64,000 bases of DNA from Halocafeteria seosinensis (taxonomy: Eukaryota): positions 62,001-126,000 of the forward strand of contig LVLI01000100.1 in the NCBI GenBank assembly GCA_001687465.1, written 5' to 3'. The notes under the pieces were generated by a model. It searched no databases. It had not been told where the DNA came from and saw nothing but the letters and a program-made list of their open reading frames with translations. The stretch's first letter is position 1, and each line of letters opens with the position of its first letter. Positions 22,034 through 32,123 of this stretch are shown here, piece by piece. A program made the translations under genes and the position numbers.

Positions 22034-24340
22034 TTAAAGCAGACGGGCATGCAATGGGTCTTCACGAGTCTTTTTGCAACCACAACAACCCACACCAGGA
22101 TCACCGACTACTTCGACCTCCTGCACTTCGTGTTGAGGCGGTGCAGCAGTTTGAGCTGCAGTCGTGGCAGGAGGATTTTCATGGGAGGGAGCAGGCTTGT
22201 ACGCGTGATGTGCTTTGCTGTCAGTCCCCCGTTGGGAATAGGTGGAACTACTAGTGACAGTGGTCGGCGCATTTTCAGCCGCGGACACCGCGCTGACGGG
22301 TTTGACTTCTTCGCTAGGAGCTTCTTCATTCTCCTCCTCCTCCTCCTCTACCACTTCTTCAGGTTCGAGCAATATTCGTTCCCACATGGCAGTGCTTGGA
22401 TCATACTCAAACTCATCAAAAAATCCTTGGTTCCGAAGTCCCTCAATAAGTTCATCTTGCTCTGCCGAAGTTAAGTACGGTTGTTCCGTTAGGGTAGCAA
22501 ATTTCAAATCTGGGTCTGCATCTTTACGACGCAAGGACTTATAGACCTCCATTAATCCCTTTAACGTTCCACCAGCGTCTCCAATAGCCAAGTGGCACCC
22601 CGTTGAAACAGCAGATATCGCCACACGGATCCACTTTGTCCAGCTTGCTGTTTCCATAATGAAATCAGGTTTTCGTCCCTTGGCGCACTCAAAGCGAAGC
22701 AAAATGCGCTTACGAATGATTCCTTTTGCTTCCACACCAGCTGGAACAGGCAGCTTCTTACTGATTTGTGCAATGAACTCCTTGATTTCTTTGTTCTTGT
22801 TCTGCAGCTCGCTCTCCACTTCCTCAATAGACTTCTCCACTTCCGTAAGGCGTTCTTCCTGTTCCTTTGCCGCCAACTCTAGGGCGTTAACTCTTCCATC
22901 CAAGGAACCTGATTCTTCAACTAGAACATAGTGCTTTTCTTCCAGATCTTTGGTTTTCTCTTCCTGATGGTCAACACGATCCAGGATATCCTTTATGCTT
23001 CTCTCCGTTCTGGCAGTTTTCGCGTCAACAGCTTGATTGACAACTTCAATTATTCTCCCGTACAGATCCTCTTGATTGGTCAGGAAAGCTGTCGGCAAGA
23101 ACTTTTGTTCTCCATCGTAGTACTGTATTAACTTCTCGGCTTCGTCCTTGACTCTACTTTCTGAGTGTGAACACAGTTTTCGCAGCTCCTCGATGTGCGG
23201 ATCCAAAACATGTTTGTAAACCCCACTGACGTTACGGATTTGCTCAATCAGAACTGGTGTAGCTTGAGGGTCGACATCATCCAAAATCCATTTTACAAAT
23301 TGATCGACCACCTGCTTTGCTTTCGCAGGTTCAATGCGCCCAATATATCCCATTATTGACACGCCGAATCCATACTGCAATCCTAGCTCTTCCGCGGCGA
23401 TAGTGATTTCGCCCAAATGCGGCGCTAGAACGAGCGCGTTTCGGGCAGCAATATCTGCAAATACCTGAACCATTTGGATTCCCGTCGTTTGATTACTCAA
23501 AAGAGGCAGAAAGTTTTCGACGAAAGCATAAAGCATACGAGGGCACCGTTTCGCAACTTTCGTCAGTAACAGACACCCTCCGATGGCTGCATACGTATGA
23601 GTGACAACATATTCTGCAATCGTATCTATATGCGCGTGAATGGGGTCGCTTGCTCGTGAATATATGCTATCCAACGCCGTTAGTAGCGACATGGCGGCGT
23701 TTCCTGAAACTCCCCACTCAAGTGCCATAAGTACTTGCTCAACTTCCTCCGCAATTGCGTTTTTATCGCTCCTAGAGATCAGGTGGACAGCCGAGCATGC
23801 AGTCATTACCAATGCATCATCTTGAACTGCCAAACAGGCTAGTATTCCCGGCAAAACTGCTCTGCCTATGGAGCAATCGTTTCTGAGCTTGTTTGTCACA
23901 GCAGACAAAACGGTATTAGCGGCTCTTCCTAGGCCCCCGAGCTCCGTTTCGTTGCCTCTCAACTGAACCACCCACCATTTCAACGTTTTCGAGATCTGGT
24001 CAACGTGTGGATCAAGCAATTCCGGGTTCTTATGGGTAATATTCTGAAGCTTGATAAAGCAGTAGTTTGCCTGCTTGACAAGGTTTCCGAAAGCGTCAAC
24101 ATCTTTGCTCCGATTCAGCAATACTCGAAAGTCAGTCCCCAGAAAGGAATCTAGGATCAAAGAGAAATTTTTCATATACTCGTCGTCTGCTAACCCAGCA
24201 AATTTAGTAACGGAACGACTATCTTGGTGCCGAAAATACGCTTTGAGAATTCCTGGAACATCTGTGGAGCTCGCTGCACTTCTTCCAGAGCCTGCAGCAG
24301 CAGCGTTACCTCTTCTCGCACCTGCTGGGTGTTTGCTCAT
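22034..24340 (-). CDS. ARM/HEAT-repeat + coiled-coil protein, Melted/VEPH1-like, paralogue A (no PH domain; C-terminal Cys cluster)
   Basis: 768-aa intronless ORF: helical repeats, a heptad coiled coil, then KKLPVP..RILLRFEC..WTKWIRV and a tail ending GVGCCGCKK. Clearly paralogous to 25175-27847. Confidence 0.8.
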   Translation of the reverse strand: MSKHPAGARRGNAAAAGSGRSAASSTDVPGILKAYFRHQDSRSVTKFAGLADDEYMKNFSLILDSFLGTDFRVLLNRSKDVDAFGNLVKQANYCFIKLQNITHKNPELLDPHVDQISKTLKWWVVQLRGNETELGGLGRAANTVLSAVTNKLRNDCSIGRAVLPGILACLAVQDDALVMTACSAVHLISRSDKNAIAEEVEQVLMALEWGVSGNAAMSLLTALDSIYSRASDPIHAHIDTIAEYVVTHTYAAIGGCLLLTKVAKRCPRMLYAFVENFLPLLSNQTTGIQMVQVFADIAARNALVLAPHLGEITIAAEELGLQYGFGVSIMGYIGRIEPAKAKQVVDQFVKWILDDVDPQATPVLIEQIRNVSGVYKHVLDPHIEELRKLCSHSESRVKDEAEKLIQYYDGEQKFLPTAFLTNQEDLYGRIIEVVNQAVDAKTARTERSIKDILDRVDHQEEKTKDLEEKHYVLVEESGSLDGRVNALELAAKEQEERLTEVEKSIEEVESELQNKNKEIKEFIAQISKKLPVPAGVEAKGIIRKRILLRFECAKGRKPDFIMETASWTKWIRVAISAVSTGCHLAIGDAGGTLKGLMEVYKSLRRKDADPDLKFATLTEQPYLTSAEQDELIEGLRNQGFFDEFEYDPSTAMWERILLEPEEVVEEEEEENEEAPSEEVKPVSAVSAAENAPTTVTSSSTYSQRGTDSKAHHAYKPAPSHENPPATTAAQTAAPPQHEVQEVEVVGDPGVGCCGCKKTREDPLHARLL

Positions 24341-25174
24341 GGTTGCACAATGTACTCTTCTCTCGCTTTGGCTTCAGGTAGGGTGAAAATGGTCGAATCT
24401 TTTCAGAACCGGGTGTTTGATATCCTGGGATGGGTGCTCCCAATGCGCCAGGGAGGACGTATGGTACGTATAATACGACCTCAACAGACGACACAGCCGT
24501 GTATTACAAACGCCTCACTTGTTTGACAGACACAAGAGGAAAGGACACGGTAAACTGCTTCCCCAACAACACTCAAACTTTAGGTTCAACTGTGTACCAC
24601 CAGTGTGTAGCTGCCCGTGCTGTCAAGGGTACCGTACAAGTCCGCGCGTACTGGAGAGTGTATGTCTGTCAGCTTCAAAGTTCGAACTCCCGACTCAACC
24701 TAGGATGCACTTCAAGAAGTAAGCTTATTCAGCCACTACTGTCGTAGAAATAGCACTAGCTAATGGGATACATGCCACCAGTTCCAGGTAGCAGGGGTGG
24801 TACTCACACTTAGTTACCGGAGTCATAAATATATGTATCCGGGAGGGCTAGTAGCATTGGGAGCAAAGCATCTGAAGCAGCACAATGGGACGCTAATGGA
24901 AACTGCCACAGCACAGCTTTACAGGCCGTTAATTCTTAGAGTTCAGACGAAATGTCAGTATTTCATTGCCTTTGAGGTTGTTGGTATCCAACGACATACA
25001 CACATACACACACACAGACAGTGGAGGAAGATACCTCAGAAAGAGGCATAGCCATAGCAGCAGGACGCCCCATTACATATAGAAACGTTAGATAGGGATG
25101 TTTCCGATGCCTGTACAACAAAAGTTTGATATTTTAGCGAATAAGAAAAACAGTCGTAAACGATAACATGCTGA

Positions 25175-27847
25175 CTAACCTGCAACGCCAACGTTAGTTG
25201 GCTGTCCGTTCGCACCGGCAGACATACGAAAGCCGTGCTTTTCAAGCTCGTTACCTAGTGCGGTTTTCAGCTCCTTGTCCGGTATCTGTTGAGTGACATA
25301 CAAGCACGAAGGCAATAAATGTTACCATTGTCCACTGACAGTGTCTAAAACCCTTACCAGCAGGAAATACTGCCCTCCGTGGACTCCCGGAGTCTGCAGC
25401 TCAAGCCATCCGTCAGCATGCTCAACGAAGGTAACCATGTCACGTAGCATGATTTTGCCTTTTTCTTTTCCCTTTGACTCATCTTCATAGTATGTGATAC
25501 TCTTCTTGTCCAGCTCGAAATATCTTCTCTTTATGTTCTTTCGGACCGCTCCTTTCTTGTCCATAAACCCATTGAGAATTACGTTTTCACCTTTTTTAGG
25601 AAGGTCTTCCTCCAGATTTGGCATCTTTCCCGGGGCACTCTCATCAGCTTTGTTTGCCGACTGATTATCCTTGCCCGATTTGCTACCGTCAGTAGACCCG
25701 TTTGAAGAGGTAGTATTAGCCTTGGACTTGTTTTCCCCGCTTCTTTCCTCTACTTGTTTGGCTTCCGGCTTTTCCTGCTCTGCCGGTTTGTAAGCTGCTC
25801 CAGTCTCAACTGAAAACGTCCCTGGTTCCAACTGTTTTCGCTCCCACTGGGCAGTGTTCGCGTTGTACTCGAACTCATCGAAAAAACCTTGATCACGGAG
25901 TCCGTTAATAAGCTCGTCCTGCTCTGCGGAAGTCAAAAACGGTTGCTTTGTGAGTGTCTCAAACTTCAGATTCGGGTCAGCGTCTTTCCGCCGGAGTGCG
26001 GAAAACGTATCCGCCAAACCTTGAATGGTGCCACCGACGTCGCCTACTGCGACACTTTTACCAACCGAAACTGCCGAGGCAGCTACACGCAACCACTTTG
26101 TCCAACTGGCCGTCTCCATGATAAAGTCCGGCTTTCTTCCCTTAGCACACTGGAAGCGAAGCAAGATGCGCTTTCGAATTTTTCCTTTTGCTTCCACCCC
26201 TACAGGAACTGGGAGCTTCTTGCTCACCTCAGCGATGAAACTCTTAATCTCCTCATCCTTCTCTTTAAGTTCTTTTTGGATGTCTTCAATGGAGCTTTCA
26301 ACCTCATTGAGCCGTTCTTCGTGTTCCTTTGCAGCAAGTTCCACCACGTTGATCCTCTCATCAGCAGAATCTACAGCCTCAGACAAGACATAATGTTTTT
26401 CCTCCAGGTCTTTGGTCCTCTCTTCCTGATGATCCACACGTTTGAGGATTTCTTCGACGTTCTTGCCCATGTCTGCAGTTTTAGCTTCAACAGCTTGGTT
26501 AACAGCTTCTATCATTCTGCCATACATATCTTCTTGGTTTGTCAAGAAGGCTTCGGAAAGGTATTTCTCTTCTCCATCGTAGTACTGAACCAATTTTTCT
26601 GCTTCATCTTTAACCTTGCTATCAGAATGTGACGCCAGTTTCCTCAGTTCTTCCATGTGAGGATCCAAAACGTTCTTGTAAACCCCGCCGACGTTTCGAA
26701 CTTGCTCGATGAGCAATGGTGTCGCTTGTGGATCTACATCGTCGGTGATCCAGGTGACGAAGTTTTCGACGACTTCTTTTGCTTTTTCCCGTTGAGTACG
26801 TCCAACGTAACCCATGGTGGTAACACCAGAGCCGTACTGCAAACCAATGTCTTCTGCAGCCATGGTGATTTCTTGGAGATGCGGAACAAATATTAGTGCG
26901 TTCCGCGCAGCGATGTCGGCAAACATTTGAAGGACAAACATGCCCACGGATTGGTTGCTAAGCAGGGGCACGAAGTCATCGACAAAGGCGTATAAGAGCC
27001 TCGGACATCGCTTGGCTACTTTCTGCAAGAGCATGCATCCGCCTACCGCCGCCATGGTATGCGTAACGGTGTACTCTGCTATCGTATCAATGTGAGCATG
27101 GATAGGCTCCCTTGCTCTCGAGTAGATGCCATCCAAGCTCGTTAACAAAGATATAGCAGAATTTCCGGGTACTCCTACCTCGAGTGCCCGTAGCACTTCA
27201 TTCACATTCTCCGTCATCGCCTTCTTGTTCCCTCGAGCAATCATACCGACAACACCGGATGCAACCTGTACTAAGGAATCGTCCTTCACCGTTAGACACG
27301 AAAGAGCTCCTGGCAAAACGGGCTCTCCCAGAGTGTTGTCTTTCATCAAGCTCATCTGAATCGCGGAAAGTACACTTTGTGTGGCCTTGGCGATGCCATC
27401 CAATGGGACTTCACTGTTTTTCAGCTGAATACCCCACCACTTCAGAAGTTTCCCAAGTTTTTCTCCATAAGGAGCGAGTACTTGCGGGTTTTCATTTGTC
27501 ATCATGCTGAGTTTGGTGAAGAAGTGATTGGCCGAAGTGACGTATCCCCTTTGAGTCTCGTTGTCGTTCGACTTGTTGAGAACCATTCGGAAATCAACAG
27601 CAAGGAAAGAATCGAGGATCAGCGGAAAATCTTTCAGATAGTCTTCGGTGGGAGCTTGCATTACATTGAGAGCTGCAAAGCCGTTTTGTTTCTCAAAGTA
27701 TTCCTTGAGTGCTTTCTTTACGCTCATGTCGTCCAAAGCAACATTCACGGTGCCTCCACCACCGTAGCTGACCATGCCGGCGGCGCCAGCCCCTCCTCCA
27801 GCTCTGGCGATGGCGTTGCCGGCAAGACTTTGTGTGAGCTTATTCAT
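25175..27847 (-). CDS. ARM/HEAT-repeat + coiled-coil + PH-domain protein, Melted/VEPH1-like, paralogue B
   Basis: Same core as paralogue A plus a PH domain (GFMDKKGAVRKNIKRRYFELDKKSITYY..KGKIML). Intron 25286-25357 joins a last exon IPDKELKTALGNELEKHG..VAG*, with TAG at 25175-25177. Confidence 0.82.
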
Positions 27848-28567
27848 CTTGCGTATATATGCTTTTGGTAGCTTTCGAAGCTGTAGCGTTCCGAACTCAA
27901 AGTGTTACGTTCGTCTTATTCCTGCAACACCAGTCATCCCGGAGTTAGCATGAGGTCATCTCAATGACATCTATAATCATAACAGATTTCTGGATAGGGA
28001 CTTGTATGGTCCATCAAACAGAACTCTAAGGAAGGGGAAGGAGCCAACCTACACTCCCCGAGAGCAGTTTGCCGTTGGATACAGACCGACACCCGAAGCT
28101 CTCGTTCTCCGAGATGGTAATACAAGATATCCATGGCTGTACATGAAGACTCACCCTGCTGTGCACAGTTCTCCTCTAAGACAGACACTAGTGTAGTGGG
28201 TACCTCCGGTCGGTGTGTTCTTGGTTTGTTTTTTCCGTACAAAAAAGCGAACAGGGAGCTATCAATCCCGAAAAAACCTTCCGTAATGACCAGGGGACTG
28301 CACTCAGTGCACTGCATTGAAGTTGAACTGACATGCGCGGGGAACACGCTTAGTGTCACTCACACTGCCAATCACTGAGTCACTGGCATGTTTAACGAGG
28401 GAAAATGAGGAGCGCACAGCGCGTGAGTAGGTGTTTATATTTGAATAGGAACGAAGTAGAGGAAAACACCTTATCGCAGCTGTTATTGCTGAAGCACTTC
28501 CCGGACTTGGACCAACACTCCTACACGGAGTCACCCTGACTCGCGTAAGAAGTCTTAGCCTAGGCCC

Positions 28568-30334
28568 TTAGGACATTGTCCTACGAGCCATCTGGTCTAC
28601 CATATCCGTGTATCGGGCCACGTTGATAGCTAGGCCCCCTCCGAGAGCAGCTGTTAGTCCCCCTAAACCGACGAGCATCCCGGAGGCAGCTCCCGGAGAG
28701 TGTCGACTGACTCTGAGGACGAGATACGCCGAAGTAGAGAGCAAAGCTGCGTCTACAGTAATCGACCTTCTCATTGCAGCTTGTTGAGCTCGGACTATGT
28801 GCTTCTGTTGCTCTCTTGCGATAAAGTTTGGATCTTTGTCAGATTGCCATTCTCGGTATATGCCATCCAAGGAAGGGCTCCGCGAGTCTGTGGGGGCACC
28901 ATAACCCAATATTGTCGAGGAAGAAATCCCCCATGTCTTGGATTCTTCATTGAAAGGTTCAATAAGACAGTTAAACTTTTTTTCTGAGCCAACTTCACCC
29001 CATTTTTCTGGCAGTAGCCCATCATGTTGAACGGTTACCACGGTGTCTTCCTCAGAATCAGATTGGCCGGCTGGAGCATCCAGTGTTGACAGAATCTGAT
29101 GCAACACATTTGCATTACCTGTGCCACCGACTTCGACATCTCCCCACTTCACAACACCATCAACAATGCTCTTTCTTACTGCTTGCTCTGAAGGGAGTTG
29201 CTCGGATGATACATCTCCCCAGACCCTCTGGATACCTTGAGATCGTTGCCTTGGCAAGATTGTAACCACCGCCCCTTGATGAATATGAGCAAGTGCTCGT
29301 AATCGTCGGGCGACGTATCTATCATGAACGGGGTCTCTCTCCATAAAGAGTAAGCTCCCACCATATTTCCTTAAGTTATGGATTGGCTGCCATTTCATAT
29401 AGGCAGCCGTCTCCAATGCCCGGCGAGTCCGATAATCCGCGCCTTCTGGCCTTCTCCTTAACATATCCACGTTAGCGTTTTTGACTGAGTTCCGAATTAC
29501 GGCTTGTGCGTGTTTGATTCTGGAAGCTTCAGCTGAGGAGCGTTCGAACACTTTCTGAACAACATCAGCCGCATCTTCACTCTCTTCGAGCGCAAATGTC
29601 GTTTTTCTTTTCTCCACTGACGTATCATTGCACATCGTCTTAACGAAAGCGTGAATAGACCAATCTATCATAGACGTGCATATTTCGACATTTTCTGTAA
29701 GCGTTGGTATTGCTTCATTGAGGGCAAAGCATTCTAGCTTGGAGTTGAGCTGTTCCAATAGGTTATTGCGCTGATGAAATTCTACGTCAACCAATGCAAC
29801 AGGGATCTGGTATGCCTTGGCGGTCCCCAAAACACTTGTCAGATGATCATGGGGTCGTATACCTGCTAATGCTGCCGCAAACAGATTGGTTCCGAAGACT
29901 TGCGTCGCAAGTGTTTGGTGTGTTAACTGTAGTTTAGGCAGCAGCCGATATACCACAGATCTGAATCTTCCAAGTTTAGAGGTATCCACATACGCATCCG
30001 ATATACCTGCCGTCTCTATCATCTGGATGTTCGTATGCAACTCATCCTGGTTTAGGAATAAACGCGACACTCCTTGAATGGCTAGACTAGCCGGCGAAAC
30101 ATGCGCAACTCCAAGGACAGTATTGCTCCCCTGAAGGCTAGTCAGGTAATCCAGCACTTCGTCCTTGATATCAGGCCATTCTGTAGGATCGAACTCAATG
30201 ATGTGCGCCTCGTATCCTTCGGCAGTCCTGAGAAAGTAGCTATAATCAGCTTGTCGGACTTTGTGGGTGGACGACGGCTGATCAGCTTCCTGAGAGGGGG
30301 CATTGCCCGTTGGACTGCTTTGACCTTGTCCCAT
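28568..30334 (-). CDS. Divergent TraB/TRABD-like protein, predicted N-myristoylated, with C-terminal membrane helices
   Basis: MGQGQS fits the MGxxxS myristoylation pattern. VLGVAHVSPAS, IPVALVD and ERD..DRYVARRL..VVTI..GIQRVW resemble TraB motifs. Two C-terminal hydrophobic segments. An upstream in-frame ATG exists at 30406. Confidence 0.55.
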   Translation of the reverse strand: MGQGQSSPTGNAPSQEADQPSSTHKVRQADYSYFLRTAEGYEAHIIEFDPTEWPDIKDEVLDYLTSLQGSNTVLGVAHVSPASLAIQGVSRLFLNQDELHTNIQMIETAGISDAYVDTSKLGRFRSVVYRLLPKLQLTHQTLATQVFGTNLFAAALAGIRPHDHLTSVLGTAKAYQIPVALVDVEFHQRNNLLEQLNSKLECFALNEAIPTLTENVEICTSMIDWSIHAFVKTMCNDTSVEKRKTTFALEESEDAADVVQKVFERSSAEASRIKHAQAVIRNSVKNANVDMLRRRPEGADYRTRRALETAAYMKWQPIHNLRKYGGSLLFMERDPVHDRYVARRLRALAHIHQGAVVTILPRQRSQGIQRVWGDVSSEQLPSEQAVRKSIVDGVVKWGDVEVGGTGNANVLHQILSTLDAPAGQSDSEEDTVVTVQHDGLLPEKWGEVGSEKKFNCLIEPFNEESKTWGISSSTILGYGAPTDSRSPSLDGIYREWQSDKDPNFIAREQQKHIVRAQQAAMRRSITVDAALLSTSAYLVLRVSRHSPGAASGMLVGLGGLTAALGGGLAINVARYTDMVDQMARRTMS

Positions 30335-32123
30335 CGTGAACAAGAGTGTATGAGCGAGGTTTAGAATTGAAACTGTACAATAACTACCGTACTCCAAAGG
30401 TTCCATGTGGTACCTATCATACAGCGTATCGTATCGGATACAAGTTCACAACAGAAGCATGACAGTCAAAGTTGAAGGTTTGTAGGTTTTACCTGTGCTT
30501 CTAAAAGCTGAAAGTCCAGACATAGCTTGATTTGTGGTCATCCGTACACAACACTTCACTCTACACTGGCGTGTTTGGTGTGACCGTCCCACAGTATCGG
30601 AAATGTGACAGTGAGGAACCTGTATGACCCGTATCTGTGTATGTGGTTGGTTGGCAATTTGCCACGAGATACCAGGAAGTCATGAATACGGGCATATTAC
30701 AGATGTAATCAGGAATCAGGCGTTGGGAACTACCAATGGGAAATCCTTGTCGAGAAACCTCAGTGAAGAGCATGGCTGAGCGTGTAGATACCGCAGAGCC
30801 TCTCAGACGATATATATAAGGATAAGTCTGATTCATATTGGAGAGGTTTTGAATGGGACAAATACCCGGTTGGTGATAGCATGGGAGTCCGGCTACAGTT
30901 GTATGTTACTTTCCAAGGAGGTTCGGTAAAACAGGTAAAACAACCGGGAACAATGCACTGAAGACCGTATGTACATTCTCTATCAACAGCAGTTTGCGTG
31001 TATTCCGCCTCGTCCATGAGAACCAGAGGCTTGGCTGAAATATGCTATCGCTACTTGTCCGTCAACTTCATAAAGGACTCGTTCTACAATTTCTTTAACT
31101 GAACTGCGACGAACCAACTTCAAGCCATGCAACTGTGACATGTTGTGCGACAACTTGTCGTCTGCAGCCTTCGCAAATTGGTCACAATAGCGCATAGTGA
31201 TATGGTTTTTTCAGATCGATACATGGGGCTATAGGAGGAAAGCAACACCTTGGACTTTGGAGCGAGAAATGCGAGCGAACGGGTTGGGTTGACTCCGCAA
31301 TTCTCTCGCTGGCTGCATGGATTCGAGAGGCAAGGGTATACCATTCGCCGCCTGGTATCAAACAGAGTCTCCTCGTCCTAGGACCTAGTGCCAGTATCAG
31401 CCGTGGAAGTTCCCAGGGACGGGAACTTGCGAAACGATTCCGGACCGGGATGACTCACTCCTTCTTGAACCCGCCGGCGGAGATGCTCCGCGCTGGCGAA
31501 CAACTTTCAGAGACTCCTTGCTCCCCCTGAGTCAGTAGGTTTTCCCCAGGCAAATACACGCTGACGCTAGTGTTGTCCATCTGTAGACCAAGTGGTTTGC
31601 CGCATATCAATATCGGCATGAATGCGTGCACGAGACAGCAAGCTGACGTCACTTTGGAACCCAAGGCAAACCTTCAACGTTGTTCTCCGGTGCACCGTCT
31701 ATCAGTATAGTTGTTTGGCAAGTAACAGGGCGTGGATGCGCGCACAGAGCTCATGTTGGATTCCGTGTTTGTCATTGTATAGAGTTGCACGTAATAGGAA
31801 AGCGTGTATAGTGTCGAGAAACGCGTGGAATAAGCTGAGTAGTTAGACCTGCTGCCTGTCTCACTGACCGCGCTTTTTTTCAAGTGACCCCCCTCCATTA
31901 CGCATTCTTGAAGATAAATTTTCACCCCGCTAACGCACCGTATATTAGAGGGAAGGAACTTGTGCTAGAGCAATGAAATCGTAAAAGAAGTGCCCATGGG
32001 GACTGCGCGTTAAAGAGTCTCTCTCCAGTCGGCGGCGAGCAAGCACCGTTACGGAGGTTGACGCAGCTATTCGCGAACATTGGTGAGAAGTTGGATTTCC
32101 CTGAGGTTCAGTATTTATAAACC

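Noticed and set aside
24994..25020. (CA)-rich tract between the paralogues
   Set aside because: An ordinary short imperfect microsatellite.
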